Shown here: positions 9,156 through 17,184 of the stretch, piece after piece
Position numbering within the stretch: the first letter of the stretch is position 1
Layout: each line of letters opens with the position of its first letter
Assembly (NCBI GenBank): GCA_005800965.1
Contig: SYEA01000048.1
Location: 1 to 48,950 of the forward strand
From: Actinomycetota bacterium
GTDB lineage: Bacteria; Actinomycetota; Acidimicrobiia; Acidimicrobiales; Ilumatobacteraceae
Direction of reading: 5' to 3'
Length of the DNA stretch: 48,950 nt
Notes under the pieces: generated by a model
Told to the model about the DNA's origin: nothing
The model's database searches: none
Seen by the model: the letters and a program-made list of their open reading frames with translations, nothing else
Position numbers and translations under genes: made by a program

Positions 9156-10489
9156 ATCTGATTCTCCTTTGTAAGTGCGTGTACACATTGTGTGAAATCA
9201 TCGCCGCGCTCGCCGTAGTTCGAATACCAGTCGTAACTGGTACACCCAGGCGAGAGCAACACCACATCACCCACTGTTGCCAGGCGCTGGGCAGCACGCA
9301 CGGCATCAGTCATCGAGTCGGCACGGGTCACGGGGCAAACATCGGCGAATGCGTTTTCAATCAGCGTCGCACTGTGGCCGATGGCCACAACGGCTCGCAT
9401 CCGATGCGGCTGGCTCGCCAACGTCGACAATTCGAGGCCCTTGTTCTTGCCTCCCGCGATGAGCACGATGTGTTCAAATGAGGTGAGTGCAGCCTGGGCT
9501 GCATGTGGGCTTGTTGCCTTGCTGTCGTTGTAATACGACACGCCGTCCACCTCGCCCACGAACTGGATGCGATGCGGCGCGTGGCGATAGCGCGCGAGCG
9601 CGTTGGCAACACCTTCGACCGTGCCCAAACCCGACTCCAGCACCATGGCACTGGCTGCCAGTGCGTTCGTCAAATCGTGCGGCAACGAGCGACCCAACTG
9701 CCCGACATCAACGATGCGCCCGAGCGGGCCGACCAGGGCTTGGCCCTCAATGCGGTAGTCGGCTTTGTTGATACCGAAGGTAACGACGCGGGCGTTGGTG
9801 CTGCGGGCGGAGCCGAGGATCGCTTCATCATTGGCCGGCGCAACCGCAACGTCGCTGGCACGGGCCGACTGCCAAACGCGCATCTTTGCGCCGCGATACG
9901 AATCCATGTTGCGATGCCAGTCGAGATGATCGGGTGCAAGGTTGAGCCACGTCGCTGCCTCGGCGCGAAAATCACGGGTGTAGTGCAGGCGAAAACTGGA
10001 GCACTCAACGGCATACACATCGTGCTGGTCATCCAACGATTCGACCCAAGGCGTTTCGGTGTTGCCTACGGCCGCAGCATTGCGACCCGATGCCGACAAC
10101 ATCGCTGCCGCCATCAACGTAGTGGTGGTTTTGCCATCGGTACCGGTGATTGCCACGATTGGGCGTGGATGGCCGCTGGCCTGCTCGGCGCGATACGCCA
10201 ATTCGATCTCTGATACGAGCTCGATACGTGCCCGCAGCGCACTGGCGATGATCGGATGCGACTCGGGCACGCCAGGGCTCGGGGCCACCTGAGAAAAATC
10301 TGCGATGCGTTTGGCACAGGCCATGGCCGCTTCAGGGCCCTCCACCAACTCCGCCCCGAGCGACGCGGCAAACTCAGCGTTGTCACTCGACACCCGATCG
10401 TCAGCCAAGAGCAACGCTTCGCCACGAGCCGCCAAAAACTTTGCAGTGCTGCGCCCGGCGACGGCAAGCCCGTACACCAAGGTGGTCAC
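9152..10489 (-). CDS. murD: UDP-N-acetylmuramoylalanine--D-glutamate ligase
   Basis: N-terminal Rossmann-like VYGLAVAGRSTAKFL and Mur-ligase P-loop ITGTDGKTTTT. Position mraY-murD-ftsW, with a 4-nt overlap with mraY. Confidence 0.93.
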   Translation of the reverse strand: MTTLVYGLAVAGRSTAKFLAARGEALLLADDRVSSDNAEFAASLGAELVEGPEAAMACAKRIADFSQVAPSPGVPESHPIIASALRARIELVSEIELAYRAEQASGHPRPIVAITGTDGKTTTTLMAAAMLSASGRNAAAVGNTETPWVESLDDQHDVYAVECSSFRLHYTRDFRAEAATWLNLAPDHLDWHRNMDSYRGAKMRVWQSARASDVAVAPANDEAILGSARSTNARVVTFGINKADYRIEGQALVGPLGRIVDVGQLGRSLPHDLTNALAASAMVLESGLGTVEGVANALARYRHAPHRIQFVGEVDGVSYYNDSKATSPHAAQAALTSFEHIVLIAGGKNKGLELSTLASQPHRMRAVVAIGHSATLIENAFADVCPVTRADSMTDAVRAAQRLATVGDVVLLSPGCTSYDWYSNYGERGDDFTQCVHALTKENQI

Positions 10490-11550
10490 AATGAATCTCC
10501 GATGATCCGAATTTCATTGGTGAAGTCGGCGATGAAGAGCGCCACGCCTGCCGCTACACACATTGCAGCAAGCAACCAGAAACGGATGATGACGGTGGTC
10601 TCTGGCCAGCCCGACAACTCGAAGTGGTGATGAATCGGCGACATCTTAAAGAGTCGCTTCTTGCGACCACTGGCTTTGAACACACCCATCTGCACGGCCA
10701 CCGACCCTGCTTCCATCACATTGATGCCACAGATGATCGGCAACAAAAAGTGTGTGTTCGTGGTGACCGCCAGCAGGCCCAGTGCTGCGCCAATGCCCAG
10801 TGCGCCAACATCACCCATCATGATTCGCGCTGGTGCTGCATTCCACCACAAGAACCCGCCACACGCACCCGCCATTGCCGAGGCCAGCACGGCAAGGTCA
10901 AGTGGATTCACAATCGCTGAATAAATCTCTGCATTGCGGAAAGCAAAATACGCAATCAGACCAAACGCACCAAAGCCAAACATTGCCGAGCCAGCAGCCA
11001 AGCCATCCAAACCGTCGGTCACATTCACCGCATTGGTCGTGGCCCACACCATCAGAGCAGTCCAGATCACCCACACCGGAGTGCTGACGTCCCAACCAGG
11101 CACTTCGGCACGGGTGAACGAAATGGTTTCGCTCACACCCGTTTGCGATGCCAGCAACCACATCAGCATCACAACGATGCCGAAAGTGATCCAACCTTTT
11201 TTCTTCCAAAAAATTCCGCGGTTGTGTTGGCGACGCACCTTGAGGTAGTCATCCAAAAAGCCGATGCCAGCCAGCACGATGATGGCCACCCACATGATGA
11301 TGACCTGATCAGAAAACACCAATCCGGCGCGAACGTGCGGAATCAACCAGCCGAGAAATGCCGCGCTCAAGATGGCGATGCCGCCCATCGTGGGTGTGCC
11401 CTGTTTGTGCATGTGGTGAGTGGGACCACGGTCTTCGGCGCCCAAGATGGGTTGGCCCTTGCCGAGACGAGTGAAGTATCCAATCAACACTCGAGTGAAA
11501 AACAGCGAGGCTGCGATCGAAATGGCAGCAGCCATCAGGATGGCAATCAT
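10486..11550 (-). CDS. mraY: phospho-N-acetylmuramoyl-pentapeptide transferase
   Basis: Ten-TM protein with NAVNVTDGLDGLA, MGDVGALGIGAALG and PIHHHFELSGW blocks. 4-nt overlaps with murE and murD. Confidence 0.95.
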   Translation of the reverse strand: MIAILMAAAISIAASLFFTRVLIGYFTRLGKGQPILGAEDRGPTHHMHKQGTPTMGGIAILSAAFLGWLIPHVRAGLVFSDQVIIMWVAIIVLAGIGFLDDYLKVRRQHNRGIFWKKKGWITFGIVVMLMWLLASQTGVSETISFTRAEVPGWDVSTPVWVIWTALMVWATTNAVNVTDGLDGLAAGSAMFGFGAFGLIAYFAFRNAEIYSAIVNPLDLAVLASAMAGACGGFLWWNAAPARIMMGDVGALGIGAALGLLAVTTNTHFLLPIICGINVMEAGSVAVQMGVFKASGRKKRLFKMSPIHHHFELSGWPETTVIIRFWLLAAMCVAAGVALFIADFTNEIRIIGDSL

Positions 11551-12965
11551 GAACCGACACCCAAAAGTTCGCGCGCTACTTGAGCGTCGCTAAACGCAAT
11601 ATCTCGCCCAGCGATGGTCTGCACAGTTTCATGACCCCGCCCAGCAATGATGACCACGTCACCACTGCCGGCCTGAGTGCATGCCATTGCTATCGCTTGA
11701 CGACGATCTGCTTCAGCGACCACTTTGTTCAGATGCGTCGGAGCAATGCCGGCAACGATCGCGTCGATGATGGCCTGCGGATCTTCGTGACGCGGGTTAT
11801 CGCTTGTGACGATGACGCTGTCGGCTGAAATTGCTGCCGCACCCATGTCTGCACGCTTGGTTGCATCACGGTCGCCGCCACAACCAAACACCACAATGAC
11901 TCGTTGGTCGGTCACGGCTCGGGCCGCGGCAATCACGTTGCGCAACGCCTCGGGGGTGTGGGCGTAATCCACGAGCACTGCAAAATTTCCGGTCGCATTG
12001 ACATTCTCGAATCGCCCTGGAATCTGGGTGAGATTGCCAAGCCCGGCTGCGATATCGCCGACAGGAATACCAATCTCGGCAGCAGTAGTTGCAGCTGCCA
12101 ACGCGTTGAGCACATTGAAGTCTCCTCCAACGGTGCACCAAATTCGCGCACCCCGCCACGAAAAAGCACTTCCGGTGGCACCCACCGCCACGTCAGTTGC
12201 ATCACTGCGGCCGTAGGTCACCACTGCGACATCACAATCCTCCGCAATTTTTTGTCCAAATGCGTCATCGCGATTGATGATGGCGCGGCTGGTGTAGTTG
12301 GACGAGAACAAACTTGCCTTGGCGGCGAAATAGGCATCGTGGGTGCGATGAAAATCGAGATGGTCGTGACCAAGGTTGGTGAAGGTTGCGGCAGCGAACT
12401 GCATTCCAGCCACACGCTGCAGGGCGAGCGCATGCGACGACACTTCCATCACCACTGCCTTTGTCCCTTTACTGCGCTCATCTGCCAAGGTGCGCTGCAA
12501 CTCGGCTGCTTCTGGTGTGGTGCGGGTGCCCGAGAGCGTTCCGAGCACGGTCGTGCGCTGGCCATGTTGGGTGAGTATCGCCCCCAACATGTGGGCGGTG
12601 GTGGTCTTTCCGTTCGTGCCGGTAATACCGACCACCGTCAAATCGCGACTGGGGTGGTCATGAAATGCTGCGGCCAAGACCCCCGTTGTCTGACGAGTAT
12701 CCGACGCGATGATTTGTGGTACGTCGAGGTTCAAGCGACGATCGACGAGCAGCGCCGCTGCCCCGTTGGCAACGGCCTCTCGTGCGAAATCGTGACCATC
12801 GTGTTGTTCGCCGCGCAAGCAGCAAAACAACGTGCCCTGCTGCACTGCGCGGCTGTCGCTCGTCACATCGGTGATGGACACGCCTACGGCACCCTCCACG
12901 CTCAACGCGGGCGAAGCCGATTGCATGTCATCCACTCGCGCAAGTAGCCCGCCCAACGTGAGCAT
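11547..12965 (-). CDS. murE: UDP-MurNAc-L-Ala-D-Glu--2,6-diaminopimelate ligase
   Basis: GITGTNGKTTTAHM P-loop and a DYAHTPEAL block. The DNPR motif (VTSDNPRHEDP) is diagnostic of meso-DAP-adding MurE rather than MurF. ATG 12965 (MLTLGGLLARV) lies just after the ftsI stop; the track ORF extends to 13022. Confidence 0.92.
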   Translation of the reverse strand: MLTLGGLLARVDDMQSASPALSVEGAVGVSITDVTSDSRAVQQGTLFCCLRGEQHDGHDFAREAVANGAAALLVDRRLNLDVPQIIASDTRQTTGVLAAAFHDHPSRDLTVVGITGTNGKTTTAHMLGAILTQHGQRTTVLGTLSGTRTTPEAAELQRTLADERSKGTKAVVMEVSSHALALQRVAGMQFAAATFTNLGHDHLDFHRTHDAYFAAKASLFSSNYTSRAIINRDDAFGQKIAEDCDVAVVTYGRSDATDVAVGATGSAFSWRGARIWCTVGGDFNVLNALAAATTAAEIGIPVGDIAAGLGNLTQIPGRFENVNATGNFAVLVDYAHTPEALRNVIAAARAVTDQRVIVVFGCGGDRDATKRADMGAAAISADSVIVTSDNPRHEDPQAIIDAIVAGIAPTHLNKVVAEADRRQAIAMACTQAGSGDVVIIAGRGHETVQTIAGRDIAFSDAQVARELLGVGS

Positions 12966-12969
12966 GTGC

Positions 12970-14856
12970 TTAGTGACTTGGTCCGAGTTCGGCAGGTCGT
13001 GTGCCGACGCAACCAGTGTCACCTGGCTCAGGTCGCAGATCGAGTTCGTTGACGATTACTTGCCCAATGCGCTGGAACACGGGTGCCGCCGCAGTGCCAC
13101 CGAAGCGGTCACGCGAACTCGGATCGGGTTCATCGATGGAAACGAGCACCGTGAACTGTGGTTTGTTCGCTGGCAAGAAACCGACAAACGAGGCAAAGTA
13201 AGCGCGCGAGCCGTCGTCTTTCAGGTAGGTGCCGTTGTCCTGGCGAATGTAGCCAGTGCCAGTCTTGCCTGCCACCGACATACCTGGAATCTTGGCGAGT
13301 TGCGCCGTGCCGTAGCAGACGACATCTGTCAACAAGGTACGCATGGTTGCCGCAGTTGCACTCGAGACAACGCGACGAGTCGGTGCTGGCGGTGTAGGCG
13401 TGCTGACACCCACCTCATCGACCATTGCCGAAACCAATTTTGGCCCGATGTACACACCATCGTTGGCCACCACGTTGACGGCTGAAACCAACTGCACTGC
13501 GTTGGATGCATAGCCGTATCCATAGGCGAAGGTGAACTGTTCGGTGCCCTGCCAGTTGCGTGCCGGCTTGAGCAAACCCCTGGTCTCACCCGGAAACTGC
13601 AAGGAAGTTTTTTCGCCGAAGCCAAACGCCGCAAGCCATTGTCGGTTGCGTTCAGTGCTGAGGGTTTGCGAGATCTGCACGGTGCCCAAGTTGGATGAGT
13701 CGACCAAAATCTTGCGCACGGTCATTTCCTCAAGCCCGTGTGGATAAGCGTCTTTGATTTCTTGCTCCCACTCAGTGCCCTTGTTGAACACCTGTTTGCC
13801 GGGCACCGAGAATGTCGACTGTGGGGTGACTGTGCCATCCTCAATGGCAGCAGCGACACTGAACACTTTGGCCACCGAACCCGGCTCGTGAGCTTCTACT
13901 GCCGCGATGTTTCCCGCAGTGTGGGAATACGTACCGTCGTCATTGCGACGCACGTTGGACATCGCATAGATCTCGCCCGTCTGGGTGTGCATCACGATTG
14001 CGGTGCCGCTGCGCGCCAAGATGCGCTCCACTTGTTGCTGCAGGATGCCATCGACTTGAAACTGCAACGAGCGATGAATGGTGGTCACCAAGTTGACCCC
14101 ACGAACTGCTGGCACATACTCGCTACCCGCCGAAGCAATGCTTTGGCCACGGCTGTTCACTTCGCGTTGAAGCTTGCCGTTCACACCTGTCAATACATCG
14201 TTGTATTGCTTTTCTAATCCGCCGATACCCAGGCCATCGAGGTCAGTGCGCCCGATGAGTGGTCGCAAACCCTCAGTGGTGAGCGCGCGTCCTTCTTCGC
14301 GATAGGTCGAGACCCCGGGCAGATTGAGATCAAGCACTGCCTGAGCAATCGCCGAATCCACTTGGCGAACCACATAGGTAAAGCTCGACGATTTATTTTG
14401 CAGACGACTTGCCAAATCCATCTCGGCTTCTGGCGTGAGTTGCAACACCATGCCGAGTGCTCGTGCGGTGGTCACCGGATCGGTGACTTCGCGTGGATCA
14501 GCGAAGATCGTCCGGGTCGGAATCGGGATTGCCAGCTCTGCCCCGTCACGGTCATAAATTGCACCACGCTCGGCGGAAATCACATTGAACTTCGTGCGCT
14601 GGTTCACACTCATCTCGCGATAGCCACCGGCCTTCCAGGTCTGGAGCACGACCACCCGCAGATACACCAGGCTCAACACCCCCAAGATGACTACGAACAT
14701 CACCGAGATGCGTTTGCGCATGTCGCCAGCGTTCACGTTGTCGGTCATCTTGGTGACGCCATAGCTCGATATGGCACTGATCAGATCGCCAACCCCAACC
14801 GTGCGGCGCTGCCCACTGGTCACTCGCGGGCGGCGAATTGGTGCGGTATCACTCAT
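12970..14856 (-). CDS. ftsI: class B penicillin-binding protein (division transpeptidase)
   Basis: N-terminal TM anchor (ISVMFVVILGVLSLVYL). Transpeptidase motifs SxxK (GSVAKVF), SxN (DSSNLG) and KTGT (AGKTGTG). Position ftsL-ftsI-murE. Confidence 0.9.
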   Translation of the reverse strand: MSDTAPIRRPRVTSGQRRTVGVGDLISAISSYGVTKMTDNVNAGDMRKRISVMFVVILGVLSLVYLRVVVLQTWKAGGYREMSVNQRTKFNVISAERGAIYDRDGAELAIPIPTRTIFADPREVTDPVTTARALGMVLQLTPEAEMDLASRLQNKSSSFTYVVRQVDSAIAQAVLDLNLPGVSTYREEGRALTTEGLRPLIGRTDLDGLGIGGLEKQYNDVLTGVNGKLQREVNSRGQSIASAGSEYVPAVRGVNLVTTIHRSLQFQVDGILQQQVERILARSGTAIVMHTQTGEIYAMSNVRRNDDGTYSHTAGNIAAVEAHEPGSVAKVFSVAAAIEDGTVTPQSTFSVPGKQVFNKGTEWEQEIKDAYPHGLEEMTVRKILVDSSNLGTVQISQTLSTERNRQWLAAFGFGEKTSLQFPGETRGLLKPARNWQGTEQFTFAYGYGYASNAVQLVSAVNVVANDGVYIGPKLVSAMVDEVGVSTPTPPAPTRRVVSSATAATMRTLLTDVVCYGTAQLAKIPGMSVAGKTGTGYIRQDNGTYLKDDGSRAYFASFVGFLPANKPQFTVLVSIDEPDPSSRDRFGGTAAAPVFQRIGQVIVNELDLRPEPGDTGCVGTRPAELGPSH

Positions 14857-15386
14857 GGCTGGTCCACCTCAACGGGCCGCATCTGGGCAATCGCACCCGC
14901 TGACGCCACACCTGGAGCAGGGTCGGCAAAGAGTGGGTTCATCTTTGCGGTGCTGATCATTACTTGCGCCACCACATCAGCCGGCACTTCTTTGAATTTC
15001 GTGCTCAAGCCTTGGTACATACCCAGCATCACTGCTTGTTCACGCAGGCGACTCGGCGAGAGCAACTCTGCTCGTTCCTGTCGCAGGTTGTTGTAATGCG
15101 CTTCGGCCATGCGTAAGTCTTTGGTCAGAGCATCAAGGCGAAGTTGCTGCTCGGCGATCGTGGCCTGAAAAATGACGACAGCAATAATGAAGGCCGAGAT
15201 TGCCGTGACCACGAGCGTGGCACGCGAAACAGCGCGACGTCGGGGTGCTGGTTGTGGCACCAATCGCAGATGCGAATCGGTGCCCCGCTTGGGCCGCGGT
15301 GCCGGAGCATTGCTCGACGCGGGCAGGTCTTGACCCACTCGGGTGTGGCGGCGCGCTCGGGCGCGCGCCGTTGCCGACGCTGTCAT
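14853..15386 (-). CDS. ftsL: FtsL-like bitopic division protein
   Basis: Arg/Pro-rich cytoplasmic head, one TM helix (LVVTAISAFIIAVVIF), then a coiled-coil segment (EQQLRLDALTKDLRMAEAHYNNLRQERAEL). 4-nt overlaps with rsmH and ftsI. Called from architecture and position only. Confidence 0.6.
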   Translation of the reverse strand: MTASATARARARRHTRVGQDLPASSNAPAPRPKRGTDSHLRLVPQPAPRRRAVSRATLVVTAISAFIIAVVIFQATIAEQQLRLDALTKDLRMAEAHYNNLRQERAELLSPSRLREQAVMLGMYQGLSTKFKEVPADVVAQVMISTAKMNPLFADPAPGVASAGAIAQMRPVEVDQP

Positions 15387-16336
15387 GCGGCCACCTCACA
15401 ACGTTCCATGACACGCAAACGCGCCGATGATGCGCGCGGGTTATGCGCTTGCTCTTCGGCACTCGGTTGTTTCGCCACCCGCACTTTTTGCCACGCACGG
15501 GGGGCCGTGCGCGACGGATGAGCAAATGGAGTGGCGATGTTGGGGCGCGTTGGGTCGGTTTCGGCATCGCGCATGACCTGTTTGACGATGCGATCTTCTC
15601 CGCTGTGATACGACAACACGGCAATGCGACCACCGGGCACGACCAACGACATAACGTCGCGCAGAGCGTTGGGCAAAATTTCCAGCTCAGCATTGACCTC
15701 GATGCGAATCGCCTGAAACGTTCGCTTGGCTGGGTGGCCACCCGTGCGACGAGTTGCTGCCGGTATGGCTGTGGTTACCACTGCAGCCAGTTGGCTGGTC
15801 GTAGTGATGGGGCGGGCTGCGACGATGGCTTGGGCGATGCGCTTGGCGAATCGTTCATCGGCATTACGTCGCAAAATGTCGGTGATTGTGTCGGCCGAGT
15901 ATTCGTTCACCACATGCCAGGCCGACACACCTTCGGTTCGATCCATTCGCATATCGAGAGGGGCGTCGTTGCGGTACGAAAAACCACGCTCGGCTAGGTC
16001 GAGTTGGGGTGATGACACGCCCAGATCAAATAGGGCGCCCGACAATTGATGAATACCCAAACTGCGCAGCGCGTCGGTAGCGGTATCAAATCGAGCATGA
16101 ACGGCGTTGAAACGCGTCGCGTCGGTGGCGGCGAGCGTTGCTTTGGCGTTGTTCGCGTGCTGAATTGCCATCATGTCTCGATCGATTCCCACCACCTGCA
16201 GACCTTGATGTCGACCAAGAATCGCCATTGCGTGTCCGGCCATCCCGAGCGTTGCATCAAGCAACACTCCGTGGGGAATGGATCCAAACAGTTCGACGAT
16301 TTCGGCGAGCATCACTGGTTCGTGAGTCCCGCTCAT
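15383..16336 (-). CDS. rsmH: 16S rRNA (cytosine1402-N4)-methyltransferase
   Basis: HEPVMLAEIVELF, the SAM-binding block LLDATLGMAGHA, and FDLGVSSPQLD. Start set at ATG 16336, preceded by GGGAGG plus a 6-nt spacer. The frame stays open upstream to 16474. Confidence 0.9.
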   Translation of the reverse strand: MSGTHEPVMLAEIVELFGSIPHGVLLDATLGMAGHAMAILGRHQGLQVVGIDRDMMAIQHANNAKATLAATDATRFNAVHARFDTATDALRSLGIHQLSGALFDLGVSSPQLDLAERGFSYRNDAPLDMRMDRTEGVSAWHVVNEYSADTITDILRRNADERFAKRIAQAIVAARPITTTSQLAAVVTTAIPAATRRTGGHPAKRTFQAIRIEVNAELEILPNALRDVMSLVVPGGRIAVLSYHSGEDRIVKQVMRDAETDPTRPNIATPFAHPSRTAPRAWQKVRVAKQPSAEEQAHNPRASSARLRVMERCEVAA

Positions 16337-16448
16337 CAGCAGCCTCCCGGCCAACATATGCCTCCGGGATTTCTCCCCGGATAGCGAAGACGGCAGCGGG
16401 CGGAGTTGGGGCTGTCCATCTTTGCTAACCGGGAGACTGCTGATGAGC
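16331..16448 (-). promoter_or_regulatory. long-range 20-bp RNA helix enclosing 78 nt in the mraZ-rsmH spacer; the downstream arm contains the rsmH SD and AUG
   Basis: mRNA-sense arms are GCUCAUCAGCAGUCUCCCGG (16448->16429) and CCGGGAGGCUGCUGAUGAGC (16350->16331). They pair at all 20 positions (19 Watson-Crick plus one G-U). The enclosed loop has its own 5-6 bp hairpin (16363-16368 / 16376-16381). Confidence 0.5.
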
Positions 16449-16516
16449 GAAACTTCAACGCGACCAATGGTCAAGTCGAAGCGTTCCTCGGTGCTCCTTT
16501 CGTTCGTTGTGTTGAA

Positions 16517-16933
16517 TCATGAAGCGCCACCCGCCATCTGGGCGGTACCGGCTTCGCTCACGCGTTGGTGACGCGTTGGATCCCAAATCTCACAGCGGTC
16601 AAACGAACCGCTGATGACAACTTTGGAATCCAGCGTGAGCCCGGCATACGCCCGCAATTTTTCGTCGATGTTGATGCGACCTTGGGCGTCAATCGTGACT
16701 TCCACTGCGCTGGCGGCCAGTGCACGCTGCTGAGTGCGATCCACTTCGCCCCGACGAACTTTTTCCATCATGTCGCTGGCCACTTGCTCGAATGCTTCGG
16801 CGGTGAGAATGTCAACACATTTGTCGGCGCCCAGCGCGAGATAACAACGTGGTTCAAGACGCGGGCGAAACGCGGCGGGTAATGCGACGCGACCTTTCGG
16901 GTCGAGTTGTCGTTCGTGTACACCTACGAACAT
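16517..16933 (-). CDS. mraZ: transcriptional regulator MraZ
   Basis: Two SpoVT/AbrB-like halves, each with a DxxxR motif (LDPKGRVALPAAFR; DAQGRINIDEKLR). First gene of the dcw cluster. Confidence 0.95.
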   Translation of the reverse strand: MFVGVHERQLDPKGRVALPAAFRPRLEPRCYLALGADKCVDILTAEAFEQVASDMMEKVRRGEVDRTQQRALAASAVEVTIDAQGRINIDEKLRAYAGLTLDSKVVISGSFDRCEIWDPTRHQRVSEAGTAQMAGGAS

Positions 16934-16981
16934 GTCCCGTTACTCCCTCTCATCCGATTGCTCGGATCCCGTGGTGGGTTT

Positions 16982-17090
16982 CCCACCGACCCGCACCCTA
17001 TCCCCCACTTCTCCCCACTGTCAACCACCCTGCCCCACGCAGCCCAACTGGGACCCACTCAGCACCCGGCTCGACCCACCCTGGACCCAC
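16982..17090 (-). promoter_or_regulatory. array of seven GTGGG (MraZ-box-like) direct repeats upstream of mraZ
   Basis: On the plus strand, CCCAC starts at 16982, 17004, 17014, 17034, 17054, 17075 and 17086. Spacings are 22, 10, 20, 20, 21 and 11 bp, all near multiples of one helical turn. All boxes have the same orientation and lie 49-157 nt upstream of the mraZ ATG. Confidence 0.5.
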
Positions 17091-17184
17091 CTTGGCCCCT
17101 GCCCGACTCCCCGTGCTGTGCCCCCGGCCTCAGCCGGGTTCACGGGGCGGGGGCCACAGCGTCGGTATCGTCGCGGGAGTGCAG

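Noticed and set aside
16331-16448. Whether the 20-bp inverted repeat flanking 78 nt is a MITE or IS remnant.
   Set aside because: There is no target-site duplication at the flanks (…GAGTCCC / GAAACTT…), no transposase, and no other copy in the window. One arm coincides exactly with a functional-looking SD plus AUG, which favours an RNA structural role.
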